Source: Acidobacteriota bacterium (GTDB lineage: Bacteria; Acidobacteriota; Thermoanaerobaculia; Multivoradales; J023). From it: 64,000 bases of DNA. A program made the position numbers and the translations under genes. The stretch covers positions 265,768 to 329,767 of the forward strand of contig JAJCXR010000048.1 of the NCBI GenBank assembly GCA_029263315.1, in the 5' to 3' direction. Of this stretch, positions 38,160 through 48,073 are shown one piece after another. The notes under the pieces were generated by a model. That model did no database searches, was not told the origin of the DNA, and saw only the letters and a program-made list of their open reading frames with translations. Each line of letters starts with the position of its first letter. Within the stretch, counting starts at the first letter, position 1.

Positions 38160-38744
38160 TCACGTTCCCAGCTTGCGATAAAGCCAACGTTTTGCGATGC
38201 GCCAGTCCCGCGCCAGGGTGGCGAGGGAAATACCCAAGACCTCGGCCGCCTCTTCGTTGCTCAAGCCACCGAAGTAGCGGAGCTCCACCAGTTGGGCCTG
38301 TCGGGGACTGATTTGACTCAGTAGCTCTAGGGCTTCGTGCACCGCCAGGACGTTAGTATTGTGCTCCGCCTGGGGTTCTGGAGCCTCTTCCAATGGTACC
38401 TGTTGACGGGGTCCGATGCGTTTGCCTGCCTGCTGCCGCCGGGCGTGGTCCACTAAAATGCGTCGCATGGCCTGGGCGGCCACGGCAAAAAAGTGGGAAC
38501 GATCTGAGACATCGGGTGTGCCGCCACCCCAAAGACGGAGATAAGCTTCGTGCACTAAGGCGGTCGTCTGCAAGGTGTGGCCCGCCCGCTCCCTGCGCAA
38601 ATAGCTGGCCGCCAAGACCCTCAGCTCTCGATACACCAGGGGCAGTAGATCTTCCGGTGCTCCGCTGTCGCCCTCACGCCAGCTCTTGAGAAGCTGGGTG
38701 ATCTCGCTAGTGCGATCCTCGGTCGAATCTTGCCGCGCTTCCAT
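38160..38744 (-). CDS. ECF (sigma-70 family) RNA polymerase sigma factor
   Basis: region 2 'LVHEAYLRLW', region 4 'LSNEEAAEVLGISLATLARDWRIAKRWL'. Confidence 0.8.
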   Translation of the reverse strand: MEARQDSTEDRTSEITQLLKSWREGDSGAPEDLLPLVYRELRVLAASYLRRERAGHTLQTTALVHEAYLRLWGGGTPDVSDRSHFFAVAAQAMRRILVDHARRQQAGKRIGPRQQVPLEEAPEPQAEHNTNVLAVHEALELLSQISPRQAQLVELRYFGGLSNEEAAEVLGISLATLARDWRIAKRWLYRKLGT

Positions 38745-38777
38745 GCCCCCATCGTAACAGGCTGAGCCGCCGGACCA

Positions 38778-39686
38778 TCAGAGGGTTGCTACCAAAGGAA
38801 GACGCTCACGGCTCGACACCACAACCCCTCCGGGCTTCTCTATGGTGATGGCGAAAAGATAGGGCTCATCGATCTCCAGTTGGGTCTGGATGGGCACAAC
38901 GACAGAACCGTCTGTCCCCACATCGAAGACGCCGCCGTCGACGGGATAGCGCTCGTCCTGGCGACGATCGAAAATCCACAACTGGTATTGCCACTCGCTG
39001 GGGTCATTGACCGGCAACCCATTGAACAGCATGTAGCCTTCTTGTAGCTCGATGCTCCATACCAGATCACCGGATACGCCTTGCGCGGCGGGATCTTCCG
39101 TCGCGGTCCAAGACGCTTGCACGATCTGAGGGGCTTGTCTGAGCAACTGCTGCCGACGAATTGTTGGGGCGTTGCCCGTCTGCGGAGGCTCACCAACGGG
39201 TCCGCTAGCGATTTCCGTCGGTGTGCCCGCCAGCTGCTGGGCGATGCGCGGCGACCAACCCCAGATCGCCAGCAAGGAGGCGGCGACCGCCACGCTCCAG
39301 CCGGTCCAACGGCTTCGCTTTGAGATCGGGGGCGGGACGACGGGCTGCGTCGGTGCACCGTCGGACTCTGGAAAGGGAATCACCTCGGCGCCAGCCCCTT
39401 GGCTAGGCTTTGAAGCTTCTGTTTGAGCGGCTTGTCGCCCTGCAAAGAAACCGCTGGCCTGGTCTTCCACCCGCTGCCGCAACGACTCCGGGAGAGGCGC
39501 CTCCGCAGCCCGGGCGGCATGACTGTAGGCCACGTCGATGGCCGCGGCAGCCCATTCGAATCGACGGTCCGTCGGGATACCCTGGGCTCGCCGTTGATTT
39601 TGAAGCTCTTGCCATCGCGCCTCATCGAGCCCTTCCGTGGCGTAGTCGACCAGCAGCTGATCATGGGCTTCCCGCGATTCCTTCAC
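38778..39686 (-). CDS. anti-sigma factor, RskA-like (N-terminal anti-sigma helix, TM, periplasmic RskA-type C-terminal domain)
   Basis: single TM 'WSVAVAASLLAIWGW'; C-terminal 'YQLWIFDRRQ...' RskA-like; 4-nt overlap with upstream ECF sigma gene. Confidence 0.6.
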   Translation of the reverse strand: MKESREAHDQLLVDYATEGLDEARWQELQNQRRAQGIPTDRRFEWAAAAIDVAYSHAARAAEAPLPESLRQRVEDQASGFFAGRQAAQTEASKPSQGAGAEVIPFPESDGAPTQPVVPPPISKRSRWTGWSVAVAASLLAIWGWSPRIAQQLAGTPTEIASGPVGEPPQTGNAPTIRRQQLLRQAPQIVQASWTATEDPAAQGVSGDLVWSIELQEGYMLFNGLPVNDPSEWQYQLWIFDRRQDERYPVDGGVFDVGTDGSVVVPIQTQLEIDEPYLFAITIEKPGGVVVSSRERLPLVATL

Positions 39687-40363
39687 CTCCCCACCCCCTT
39701 CGTCGTAGGGGTTGGATTCTCGAGAATGTCCCGAACCCTCTGGAGACCGCGGCGAATGTATGTCTTGACGGTACCCAAGGGGATACCGGTGTGATTGGAA
39801 ATTTGGCCGTGCGACATGCCTTGGTAGGTGGAGAGCAGGATGACCCGTTTCTCTTGCGGCGCCAAGGTGGCCAAGGCACGCGCCGCCAAGCTGGCATCGG
39901 CGCTGGCCTCGATCTGTCTCTGTTGGGGATCGGACATCAGCTCCAGGGCCGGGTCCAAGGCATCGGAGGTCGGTCGACGCTGGCGATACCGGTGCCGGTC
40001 AATGAGTCTCCGGCGGGCGATCATGGCAACAAACGTGGTCTCTGATGCCTTGCTGCCGTCGAAACGGTCGGCACTCTTCCAGAGATCGATGTAGATCTCC
40101 TGGACACCGTCTTCGGCGTCGCCGGAAGACGGTGAATGGCGGCGGGCCAAGGACCAGATCAGGGCACCGTAACGTTCGATGCAAGCCTGGATCGCATCGG
40201 CATCACCGGCCGCAATACGAGGCAGCAGATCTTCGCTCAAGTCGGGGGTCCTTAGAAAGTCATTTGCAGGGCCCCGTGAGTCTAACCGAAATGCTACCGC
40301 CTGTCGTTGCGAGGAGATTGCAGTCGGTGTCGAAAACAACCATCTTTGCCTTGCATTTTGCAT
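39683..40363 (-). CDS. ECF RNA polymerase sigma factor (second copy, cognate of downstream anti-sigma)
   Basis: region 2 'DGVQEIYIDLWKSADRFD', region 4 'MSHGQISNHTGIPLGTVKTYIRRGLQRVRDIL'. Confidence 0.75.
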   Translation of the reverse strand: MQNARQRWLFSTPTAISSQRQAVAFRLDSRGPANDFLRTPDLSEDLLPRIAAGDADAIQACIERYGALIWSLARRHSPSSGDAEDGVQEIYIDLWKSADRFDGSKASETTFVAMIARRRLIDRHRYRQRRPTSDALDPALELMSDPQQRQIEASADASLAARALATLAPQEKRVILLSTYQGMSHGQISNHTGIPLGTVKTYIRRGLQRVRDILENPTPTTKGVGR

Positions 40364-40450
40364 ATCGCCAAGCCTGTTACTTTGGATGCCTTGAGCATCC
40401 TGTTATTCAGTGTTGTCTACCGGCTCCGCTTCGGCTCCCAGGCCAGCGCA

Positions 40451-41488
40451 TCAGCTGGCCCGCCGCACCAGTCGATAGTGGTTGACCATCCATTCCTGTC
40501 CCTCGCGGAATCCGAAGAGCTCGGCACAAGAAAGAAAGAAAACCCGCCAATAGACCCACCAGCGCCGCTGCTCGTCGGCCCCGTAGACGTCATTCAGAAT
40601 CGGCAAGAGGTGCTCCCGCTGTCGATCCATGTTGCTCAACCAGGCCAAGGAGGTCTTCTGGTAATGCTGGCCATCGACATCCCACTGGGCTTCGATCACC
40701 ATGGCACCGTCGAAACGCCCCAAGAGATCGGCGGAGGGCATCAATCCCCCGGTGAAGAAATACCGCGCCATCCAGTCGCCCGCATCACGGGCCTCAAATC
40801 GGTAGGCCAGTCGGCGATGGCAGAAGATATGGACAAAGAGCTTGCCTTCGGGGTGCAGCCAGGAAGCGATGTTCTGTAGCAACTGACGGTAGTCGCGCAG
40901 ATGCTCGAACATCTCGACGGAGACCACACGATCGAAGCGCCGTTCCAAGGTCAAATGGCGCACATCGACGGTGCGCACCTCGAGATTACGAAAGCCACGC
41001 TGCTCTGCCTGGTCGTCGATGTATTGCTTCTGCGTCGCCGAGTTGGAAATCGCCAGGATCTTAGAGTTGGGGAAATGCTCCGCCATGAAGAGGCTCAGCG
41101 ATCCCCAGCCGCAACCGAGCTCGAGGATGTCCTGGCCGTCGGCCAGCTGAGCCCGTCGGACGGTCAAATGCAGCATCGCCTCCTCCGCCCGGTCGAGGTC
41201 ATGGCAATCCGGCTCGAAGAGGGCCGAGCTGTACTTCAGGCGCTTGCCCAGCACCCGGTGGAAAAACTCCGTCGGCACTTCGTAGTGCTGCGCATTCGCC
41301 TCTTGCGTATGGACCGCCAAGGGGCCTGAAGCCAAATCATCAGCGAAGGCCTGAAGCTTGCTCTCCAGGGCTTGTGGGCTTCCCGGGTCCTCGCTGCGCA
41401 AGCGCTCCGCCAGGAGGCGGCGGATGCCGAATCGGAGGATCGGGTCCGGCAGGAGATCCTTGCTCAACAGAGTATCGATCCAGCTCAT
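40451..41488 (-). CDS. cfa: cyclopropane-fatty-acyl-phospholipid synthase family methyltransferase
   Basis: 'ILELGCGWGSLSLFMAE' SAM motif; CMAS-family length; ATG 41488 overlaps upstream stop (ATGA). Confidence 0.8.
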   Translation of the reverse strand: MSWIDTLLSKDLLPDPILRFGIRRLLAERLRSEDPGSPQALESKLQAFADDLASGPLAVHTQEANAQHYEVPTEFFHRVLGKRLKYSSALFEPDCHDLDRAEEAMLHLTVRRAQLADGQDILELGCGWGSLSLFMAEHFPNSKILAISNSATQKQYIDDQAEQRGFRNLEVRTVDVRHLTLERRFDRVVSVEMFEHLRDYRQLLQNIASWLHPEGKLFVHIFCHRRLAYRFEARDAGDWMARYFFTGGLMPSADLLGRFDGAMVIEAQWDVDGQHYQKTSLAWLSNMDRQREHLLPILNDVYGADEQRRWWVYWRVFFLSCAELFGFREGQEWMVNHYRLVRRAS

Positions 41489-41829
41489 GGGCGGTGCGTC
41501 TCCGGTTTCTCGAAGAGGCCGGTCCATGGCGTCGACGGCGGCAGCCTCTTCAAGGCGATCAGAAAATAAGCGGCGATAGCAAAATTGCCCAAGACCAGCA
41601 GCAGTACCAGCCAGATACCGCGCCGCAGCCAGTTGGGTTCGCGATAGGCGATCCAAATGAAGACGGTGAGGAAGGCGAAATAGGCGTCGAAGAGGGTTGC
41701 CTTGCCCCAAGGATCGGCCCAGATCTCCGACGCCGCCTGCAGCACACTGCGCTCCATGCTGGCGGTGACCGTCACCCACAACATGCCGAGCAGGACGAAG
41801 CTGAAGAACAAATAGAGCAACGCTTTCAT
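41485..41829 (-). CDS. small integral membrane protein (DUF1475-like), ~114 aa
   Basis: 3 TM helices 'LLYLFFSFVLLGMLWV', 'AYFAFLTVFIWIAY', 'IWLVLLLVLGNFAIAAYFLIAL'; ATGA overlaps on both sides. Confidence 0.6.
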   Translation of the reverse strand: MKALLYLFFSFVLLGMLWVTVTASMERSVLQAASEIWADPWGKATLFDAYFAFLTVFIWIAYREPNWLRRGIWLVLLLVLGNFAIAAYFLIALKRLPPSTPWTGLFEKPETHRP

Positions 41830-42359
41830 GACCGTGCCTCCTGCCATCGAGGTGGGGTGACGATGATCACGGCCAGCGGACAGGCCACTGCCCAGACCAA
41901 GGCCAAAACAAGAAGGGATAGCGCCGGAGTCAAACCGAAGGACGCGGCCCCCATGCCGACGCCCCCGGAATAGGCCAAGGGGCCTCCGACCATGCCCAAC
42001 AAGGCCGCCAAGGGCAGGCGCCGGTGTAGAAAATCGAGCGGCCCCAACAACATCAAACCGAAGTGCACCCACAGGGCGATGATCCATGGGGGACACAGCC
42101 AAACCGCCGGAGCACCATCAAAGGTCAGAACTTGAAAAAGGCTTTGCAGAGAATCCACCGCCGTGCCCATGAGGGCCAAGACGGCCAAATGCCAGACCCG
42201 GTGCCGAGGCCATGCCTGCACCAGATGGGCCACCACCAACAACGCTACCACCACCGGGCCGAGCCAGAAGCGGCCCGACGCTGCCCCCCACACGGCCAAG
42301 AACCAGGCCCCTTGCAGAGCACCAAAGGTCAGCCCCGATACCAATGCGGACCTTTTCAC
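41826..42359 (-). CDS. hypothetical polytopic membrane protein (DUF2878-like), ~177 aa, GTG start
   Basis: 4-5 TM helices; GTG overlaps stop of upstream methyltransferase gene (GTGA). Confidence 0.5.
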   Translation of the reverse strand: MKRSALVSGLTFGALQGAWFLAVWGAASGRFWLGPVVVALLVVAHLVQAWPRHRVWHLAVLALMGTAVDSLQSLFQVLTFDGAPAVWLCPPWIIALWVHFGLMLLGPLDFLHRRLPLAALLGMVGGPLAYSGGVGMGAASFGLTPALSLLVLALVWAVACPLAVIIVTPPRWQEARS

Positions 42360-43690
42360 CAGCCACCTTCGAGACCAGCCGGCTCGCTCAAACGTCCTAG
42401 GGGAGCGGGCTGCCGATACCCCGGCGCCGCCAGCAAGATCTGGGCGTTGCTGATCGCCCGTTCGCGGAATCCGCCCTCGCAGTAGCAGAGATAGAAGTCC
42501 CACATGCGGACGAAGCGCTCGGAGAATCCCAAACGCCGAACCTCCTCGAGGCGGGACATGAAGCGCTGTCGCCAGTGCTGCAGAGTGGTCGCATAGTGCA
42601 GCCCGATATCCTCCAGGTGAATCGGAGTCAGGTGGCTGACCTGCTTCAAGGAGCCCAGCATCGCCCCCAGGGAAGGGATGCCGCTGCCGGGGAAGATATA
42701 GCGCTGGATGAAGTCGACGGAGCGCTTGGCTTCGTCGTAGTAGCGATCATCGATGGTAATGACCTGCAGCAGCATCAAGCCGTGGGGGGCCAACAGGCCC
42801 TGGCAGGCCGCGAAGTAGGTATCGAGATGGTCTAGCCCCACCGCCTCGATCATCTCGACGGAGACCAGTTTGTTGTATTGGCCTCGCAGGTCCCGATAAT
42901 CCTGCTGCATGATTTCCACCCGCTGCTCGAGACCCGCCTCGACCACCCGGCGACGGGCGTAATCCGCCTGGGCCGGTGAGATCGTGGTGGTGGTGACCCG
43001 ACAGCCGTAGCGGTGCGCAGCGTGCATGGCCAGGCCACCCCAACCGGTACCGATCTCCAGCAGATGATCCTTCGGTGACAAATCGAGTTTGCGACAGATA
43101 CGCTCCAGCTTGGCCTCCGAGGCTGCGTCCAGGTCCATGTCTGCCTGCTCGTAGACGGCGCAGGAGTACATCATCCGGCGATCTAGAAAGAGCTCGAAGA
43201 ATTCGTTGCTCAAGTCGTAGTGGGCCTCGATATTGCGACGGCTGCCGCGACGGTTGTTGCGGCGCAGGCGGTGGAAGGCCTTGTTCAACGGCGCGCTCAG
43301 CTTGGCCCAGCCGCCTTCGAGACTTTGCATCAAGGCGCGGTGGCGGACCAGCAGGCGGACCAGGCCGGTGAGATCGTCACAGTCCCAGTAGCCTGCCATA
43401 TAGGCCTCGCCCGCCCCGACACTTCCGCCGCTCAGCGCCTTGGTGTAGAAGCGGAGGTCGCGGACCCGCAAAGTAACAACGAGCTCGGCGCTATTGGCCA
43501 CCTTCCGCCGACTGCCGAAGACCTTTTCCTCCCCCGGGGCGCCGTCGTAGCTTTCTTGCAAACGCAGCACATCACCGCTCAGCTGCGCCAGCTTTCCGAG
43601 CAATAGTCGACGGGCAAAGAAGGCGACAGCACCGGAAGCCAGCAGCCCACGACGCTCCAAATCAGCTAAATCCGCCACGCTTTCAGTCAC
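42356..43690 (-). CDS. cyclopropane-fatty-acyl-phospholipid synthase-like SAM methyltransferase (second paralog)
   Basis: 'LLEIGTGWGGLAMHAAHRYGCRV' SAM motif; 'YDLSNEFFELFLD' CMAS N-region; GTG 43690 overlaps DUF1365 stop (track ORF to 43936). Confidence 0.8.
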   Translation of the reverse strand: MTESVADLADLERRGLLASGAVAFFARRLLLGKLAQLSGDVLRLQESYDGAPGEEKVFGSRRKVANSAELVVTLRVRDLRFYTKALSGGSVGAGEAYMAGYWDCDDLTGLVRLLVRHRALMQSLEGGWAKLSAPLNKAFHRLRRNNRRGSRRNIEAHYDLSNEFFELFLDRRMMYSCAVYEQADMDLDAASEAKLERICRKLDLSPKDHLLEIGTGWGGLAMHAAHRYGCRVTTTTISPAQADYARRRVVEAGLEQRVEIMQQDYRDLRGQYNKLVSVEMIEAVGLDHLDTYFAACQGLLAPHGLMLLQVITIDDRYYDEAKRSVDFIQRYIFPGSGIPSLGAMLGSLKQVSHLTPIHLEDIGLHYATTLQHWRQRFMSRLEEVRRLGFSERFVRMWDFYLCYCEGGFRERAISNAQILLAAPGYRQPAPLGRLSEPAGLEGGW

Positions 43691-44580
43691 GATGCTTCTC
43701 CTGACGGGGGCACGGTGGACACCTCCCTCGAATGCTTGGGATGGGAATGGAAAGGCGTCTTCTTGAGCCACAGGCGCAAGGCTTGGTAGTAGATGCCGAA
43801 GGCGATGCGCCCGCTCATCCAGGGATGGCGGCACAGAGCCCTGGCCAGCGCAGGACCTTGGATGGGCCGCCGTTCCAAGGTCAAGGTGGCGTCGAAGATC
43901 CGATCTCCTCGCCGCAGATTCTGCATCTGAACCCACAGACGCCGGCCAGGGGTACCAAAACGCCAGAGATAGTCCAGCTGCATGGGCATGAACGGCGAGA
44001 CATGAAACTCCTTGGGCAATCGGAAGGAGGTTTCATTCACAGCTCCCTGCCCATCTGCCGACGCCTGATGGTCCACCGAAAGAACGTAGCTATGGCGCTC
44101 GCCCCACGGCGTGTTGGTGATCTCGGCGACGATGGCCTGCACCGCGTTCTCTGCCGGAGGCGCCATCGATGGATGCCGTACACCGCCCGCCGCAGGGGCC
44201 GGATCGTCCCGGAAGCAGTAATAGAAGGTCACCGGATTGATCTGGTATCCCCAATAGCGCAGGTGGGTGAGCATGCGGATAGGTCCCTCGGGCCGTCGTC
44301 CCACGCTACTCTCCACCCGCCGTCGCACACTCTCGTCCAACGGTATTTCGACGGGGCCCAGGAAATCCTGACGTCGAAACCAAGCCGGGGCCGGCCCCCT
44401 GGACGACCACAACCATCGACCATCGAAGAGGTGTGGGAGCTCGTCGAGATCCAGGTACATCATGAACAGGGGGTAGGAGAAGTGGTGCGGCCGAGGCCGG
44501 TGGCGACGATGACGCACCCGTCCCTCGTAGATGGCGCTATGGAGGTCGCCGCCGCCCGGCCGTGTCGGTTGAGCGGTCAC
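43687..44580 (-). CDS. DUF1365 family protein
   Basis: hallmark N-terminus 'SAIYEGRVRHRRHRPRPHHFSYPLFMMYLDLDEL'. Confidence 0.8.
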   Translation of the reverse strand: MTAQPTRPGGGDLHSAIYEGRVRHRRHRPRPHHFSYPLFMMYLDLDELPHLFDGRWLWSSRGPAPAWFRRQDFLGPVEIPLDESVRRRVESSVGRRPEGPIRMLTHLRYWGYQINPVTFYYCFRDDPAPAAGGVRHPSMAPPAENAVQAIVAEITNTPWGERHSYVLSVDHQASADGQGAVNETSFRLPKEFHVSPFMPMQLDYLWRFGTPGRRLWVQMQNLRRGDRIFDATLTLERRPIQGPALARALCRHPWMSGRIAFGIYYQALRLWLKKTPFHSHPKHSREVSTVPPSGEAS

Positions 44581-45818
44581 CAGGCCACCCCGAGTTGCCG
44601 CGCCACCCGCCTCGCCGACACCACCCCATCCTCATGGAAACCAAAACCCCAATAGGCGCCGCAGAAGTGGGTTCGGCGCTGGCCGCTGATCTCTTGCCAG
44701 CGCTTTTGCGCGGCGATCCCCGCCGCCGTGAAGAGGGGATGATCGAAGGTGGTGCGGTGCAGGACGGTCTCGGGATCGATCTCGTCACTGCGGTTGAGGG
44801 TGACGCAGTAGTGTTGATCGGTGGTCAGCTGTTGCAGACGGTTCATGTAGTAGGTCAGCTGCACGCCGCCGGAGCTGTCCGATTGCTGGTGGTAATTCCA
44901 GCTGGCCCAAGCCCTGCGCCGGCGCGGCAGGAAACGCCGGTCGGTGTGCAAGACGGCCTCGTTGCTCTGGTAGGGAATGGCCTCCAAAATCTGCTTCTCT
45001 ACTTCGCTCAGGTCGCTCACCAAGGCCAGGGTCCGCTGGCTGTGGGTCGCCATCACCACCTGGTCGAAGGTCTCCACGTCGCCGCCCCGGGGACGGATCT
45101 CCACCTTCTCTGCGAAGCGTCGAACGGATTGCACCGGCGTCGCCAGGCGGAGATTGTCGCCGAGCAACTTTTCGATGGCCTGCACATAGCGCCGGGAGCT
45201 GCCCGCCACCGCCAGCCATTGCGGGCGGTCGTTGACCGTCAACATGCCGTGATTGGAGAGGAAAGCCACCAAGGTACGGGCCGGATATTCCATCAACCGA
45301 CGCGGGTCCGTCGACCAAATAGCCGCCACCATGGGAACCAAATAGTTGTCGACGAAGGGCTTGCTGAAACCCTGCTGGTCGACGAACTGCCCCATGGTCA
45401 GCCCCCCATCGGCCTGCAACAGGGAGGGCGCCACGCGGTGGAAACGCAAGATACCCAGCAACATGCGGTAGAAGTCAGGACGCACCAGGTTGCGACGCTG
45501 GGCAAAGAGCTGATTGAGATTGCCGCCGTTGTATTCGAAGCCGGTGGCATCATTGCGCACGCTGAAGCTCATGTCGCTGGCCTGGCTGGCGATGCCAAGC
45601 TCGCTCAGCAGGCGTAGGAAATGGGGATAGGTCCGACGATTGAAGACGATGAATCCCATGTCGACGGCCAACCGACCTGTTGCGCTCTCCACATCGACGG
45701 TATAGGTATGTCCGCCGGCGATGGCCGAGGCCTCGAAGAGCTGCACGTCGTGCTGGCGCGATAGGAGGTAGGCGGCCGTCAGGCCGGAGATGCCACCACC
45801 GATGACGGCGATCTTCAT
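44577..45818 (-). CDS. NAD(P)/FAD-dependent oxidoreductase (amine-oxidase-like) of the CFA-like cluster
   Basis: 'KIAVIGGGISGLTAAYLL' dinucleotide motif; ATGA overlap with DUF1365 gene. Confidence 0.8.
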   Translation of the reverse strand: MKIAVIGGGISGLTAAYLLSRQHDVQLFEASAIAGGHTYTVDVESATGRLAVDMGFIVFNRRTYPHFLRLLSELGIASQASDMSFSVRNDATGFEYNGGNLNQLFAQRRNLVRPDFYRMLLGILRFHRVAPSLLQADGGLTMGQFVDQQGFSKPFVDNYLVPMVAAIWSTDPRRLMEYPARTLVAFLSNHGMLTVNDRPQWLAVAGSSRRYVQAIEKLLGDNLRLATPVQSVRRFAEKVEIRPRGGDVETFDQVVMATHSQRTLALVSDLSEVEKQILEAIPYQSNEAVLHTDRRFLPRRRRAWASWNYHQQSDSSGGVQLTYYMNRLQQLTTDQHYCVTLNRSDEIDPETVLHRTTFDHPLFTAAGIAAQKRWQEISGQRRTHFCGAYWGFGFHEDGVVSARRVARQLGVAW

Positions 45819-45953
45819 CGCCAGATCCTCCTCTGGCGGACTGCCGATCCACCTCGGCCCAGGCGAGCTACTTGTGCTCGATGACGAATACCCATATCCC
45901 GGCTATTCGCCTTGAGCCTCGGGAATGGATGCGCCGACGGATAAAGTAGGGGC

Positions 45954-46691
45954 ATGCGCCTGCCTTCCCCTGGCTTCAGCCCCTGGATACGACGTCGCTG
46001 GCGTGCCCTGTTCGCCACCGCTGAACGCCGACGCCTACTCCTGGTGCTGTTGCTGGCCGTCCTGCTCTACCCGTGGACATCCGGGGAACCGCTTCCCGTC
46101 AACCGCCACGACCTTTGCGCCCTGTTCGCCGAGAAGCCCACCTGGCACGAGGCCCTCGCCGCCTCGGCGGAGCGCTGGCAGGTGCCCATTGCAGTGCAGA
46201 TGGCCATCGTGCAGCGGGAGTCCGGCTTCCACTCCAAGGCCCGGCCACCTCGCAAGAAAATCCTTGGGCTGAGAATCGGCCCCCGACCTTCCTCGGCCTA
46301 CGGCTACGGCCAAGTGCTCGACGCCACTTGGGACGATTTTCGTCAACGCCCCGGCCGCCGCGCCGCCCGCCGCGACCGCTTCACCGACGTCGCCCCGTTC
46401 ATGGGCTGGTACCTGCAGCACCTGCATCGCACCACCGGCGTCGCCAAGGACGATGCCTACAACCTGTACTTGGCCTACCACGAGGGGCCCAAAGGATTCT
46501 TACAGGCTCGCCATCGGGACAAGCCATGGCTGCAGCGGGCCGCTCGGCAAGTGGCTCTGCAAAGCGATCGCTTCGCCGATCAGCTTGTTGCCTGCGAAAG
46601 ACGGCTCTTGCGTCTGCGTTATTTGCGCTGGCTGATCCGCGGTGGGCTGATCGCCCTGCTCATCGCCTTGGTTTGGCGATGCTGGTCTTGA
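45954..46691 (+). CDS. lytic transglycosylase (SLT) domain protein with N- and C-terminal hydrophobic segments
   Basis: 'IVQRESGFHSKA...YGYGQVLDATW' resembles SLT catalytic 'ES..' / 'GLMQ' region. Confidence 0.55.
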   Translation: MRLPSPGFSPWIRRRWRALFATAERRRLLLVLLLAVLLYPWTSGEPLPVNRHDLCALFAEKPTWHEALAASAERWQVPIAVQMAIVQRESGFHSKARPPRKKILGLRIGPRPSSAYGYGQVLDATWDDFRQRPGRRAARRDRFTDVAPFMGWYLQHLHRTTGVAKDDAYNLYLAYHEGPKGFLQARHRDKPWLQRAARQVALQSDRFADQLVACERRLLRLRYLRWLIRGGLIALLIALVWRCWS

Positions 46692-46720
46692 AGTGCCACC
46701 GGCCGAGCTCCGACCCAAGC

Positions 46721-48073
46721 TCAAGGGCTGAGCACAAAATCCAACATCCGCTGCAAGGTCGCCGGATCGATGATCAGCTCGAAGTGTTTTCCCGGCACCA
46801 AGAAGGGCTCCGCCGCCAAGGAGGCGTGCTCGTGGGGCGATAGGTGGTGTTGGCTGTCAAGGGTGGCATGGCCGTCGCCGGGGGCGCTGGCTAGGGCGTC
46901 CAGGTAACCGTCCACCGCCAGATCCTTGTCGCCGCTGAACAACAATCGTGAGCGCCCGTGTCCAGCTTGGACCACGGCACGCTGCGGCGTCCGGTAGTAG
47001 GCATTCTGCAACAGGTAGTAGCGGGTGCCAGGCAGGTTGGGGCCATCGCGGTGCAGCACCGCGTGCAGCCGCCGAGCCCGATCGAGGCAGCGGCCGAGGA
47101 AGTCGATGCGACTTGGGCGGTCGGCGAAGAGGTCCGGCCGCAGCGCCAACCGCGCCTCCACCTCGGGATCGAAGACCGACCAGCCTTGCTCGACCCAGGT
47201 CTGCACATCGTAGAGATCCAACTCCATGGGCTGCCCTGCCGCATCGAGGAAAGGACGCTCCAGATACGAAGGCAAATCCTGGTAGATGGACGGAAAGGTG
47301 AAGATCACCTCCGGCGACATGCGACGCCCCATGCCGGAGACGTAGATGCGACCTCGGTCCACTTCCCGAAGAATCCGCATCGCGCCGCCATTGGAGGTAC
47401 CGATGAGGATCATCTTGCGGATCGACACACCCGCCGGCGGCACCTGCACGCCCTGCTCCGCCTCTTCGAGGGTCGCCAGACCGTACTTGCTCAAGTAGCG
47501 ACAAATGTAGGCGCCATTGGACTGGCATACCAAATCCACCGCCAAGGAATCGCCAGGACGCTGGGCCGCCATGGCTTCTAGCAGCCTGGCGAGGCGATGG
47601 GCCGCGACGACGTTGTCGCTACGCCAATCATAGGCGTAGAGAAAGAGGTCGTCCCCTTCCTCCGGCGCCGTCAGCTCACCACGCTCGAATCCCTGTGCTT
47701 CGAGGGCCGCCGGCACGGGTCCGTAGATCGGTTTCCGCACCAATCCGGCGAACAGCCGCAGGTTCTCGATCACCGCCGTCGCTTCGACCGTCGGATCGGC
47801 GCCACTCAACGGCAGGTTCAAGGGCCGCGCCAAGGCATAACCTCCGTCGCGGGGCCGCATCACATGTTTGCCTTCGCCCCATATCAGCTCACCACTGCGG
47901 GTCGAGCGCAGCTTGCTGCCGGTGGTCCCGGGGACGATCACCACCGGCGTCCGGGCCTGCGCCGTCGCCAGGGGGTGGCGGGGCACGACAGGGGGCGCTT
48001 GGCTACAGGCCAGCAGCCAGGCGACACCGCAGGCCACAAACCACATGCCCCCTAGGCGCCTCAGGGCGGTCAT
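46721..48073 (-). CDS. lipoprotein, LCAT/PGAP1-like alpha/beta hydrolase (lipase/acyltransferase family)
   Basis: lipobox 'WLLAC'; nucleophile-elbow-like 'VCQSNGA'; start uncertain (track 48094). Confidence 0.6.
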   Translation of the reverse strand: MTALRRLGGMWFVACGVAWLLACSQAPPVVPRHPLATAQARTPVVIVPGTTGSKLRSTRSGELIWGEGKHVMRPRDGGYALARPLNLPLSGADPTVEATAVIENLRLFAGLVRKPIYGPVPAALEAQGFERGELTAPEEGDDLFLYAYDWRSDNVVAAHRLARLLEAMAAQRPGDSLAVDLVCQSNGAYICRYLSKYGLATLEEAEQGVQVPPAGVSIRKMILIGTSNGGAMRILREVDRGRIYVSGMGRRMSPEVIFTFPSIYQDLPSYLERPFLDAAGQPMELDLYDVQTWVEQGWSVFDPEVEARLALRPDLFADRPSRIDFLGRCLDRARRLHAVLHRDGPNLPGTRYYLLQNAYYRTPQRAVVQAGHGRSRLLFSGDKDLAVDGYLDALASAPGDGHATLDSQHHLSPHEHASLAAEPFLVPGKHFELIIDPATLQRMLDFVLSP

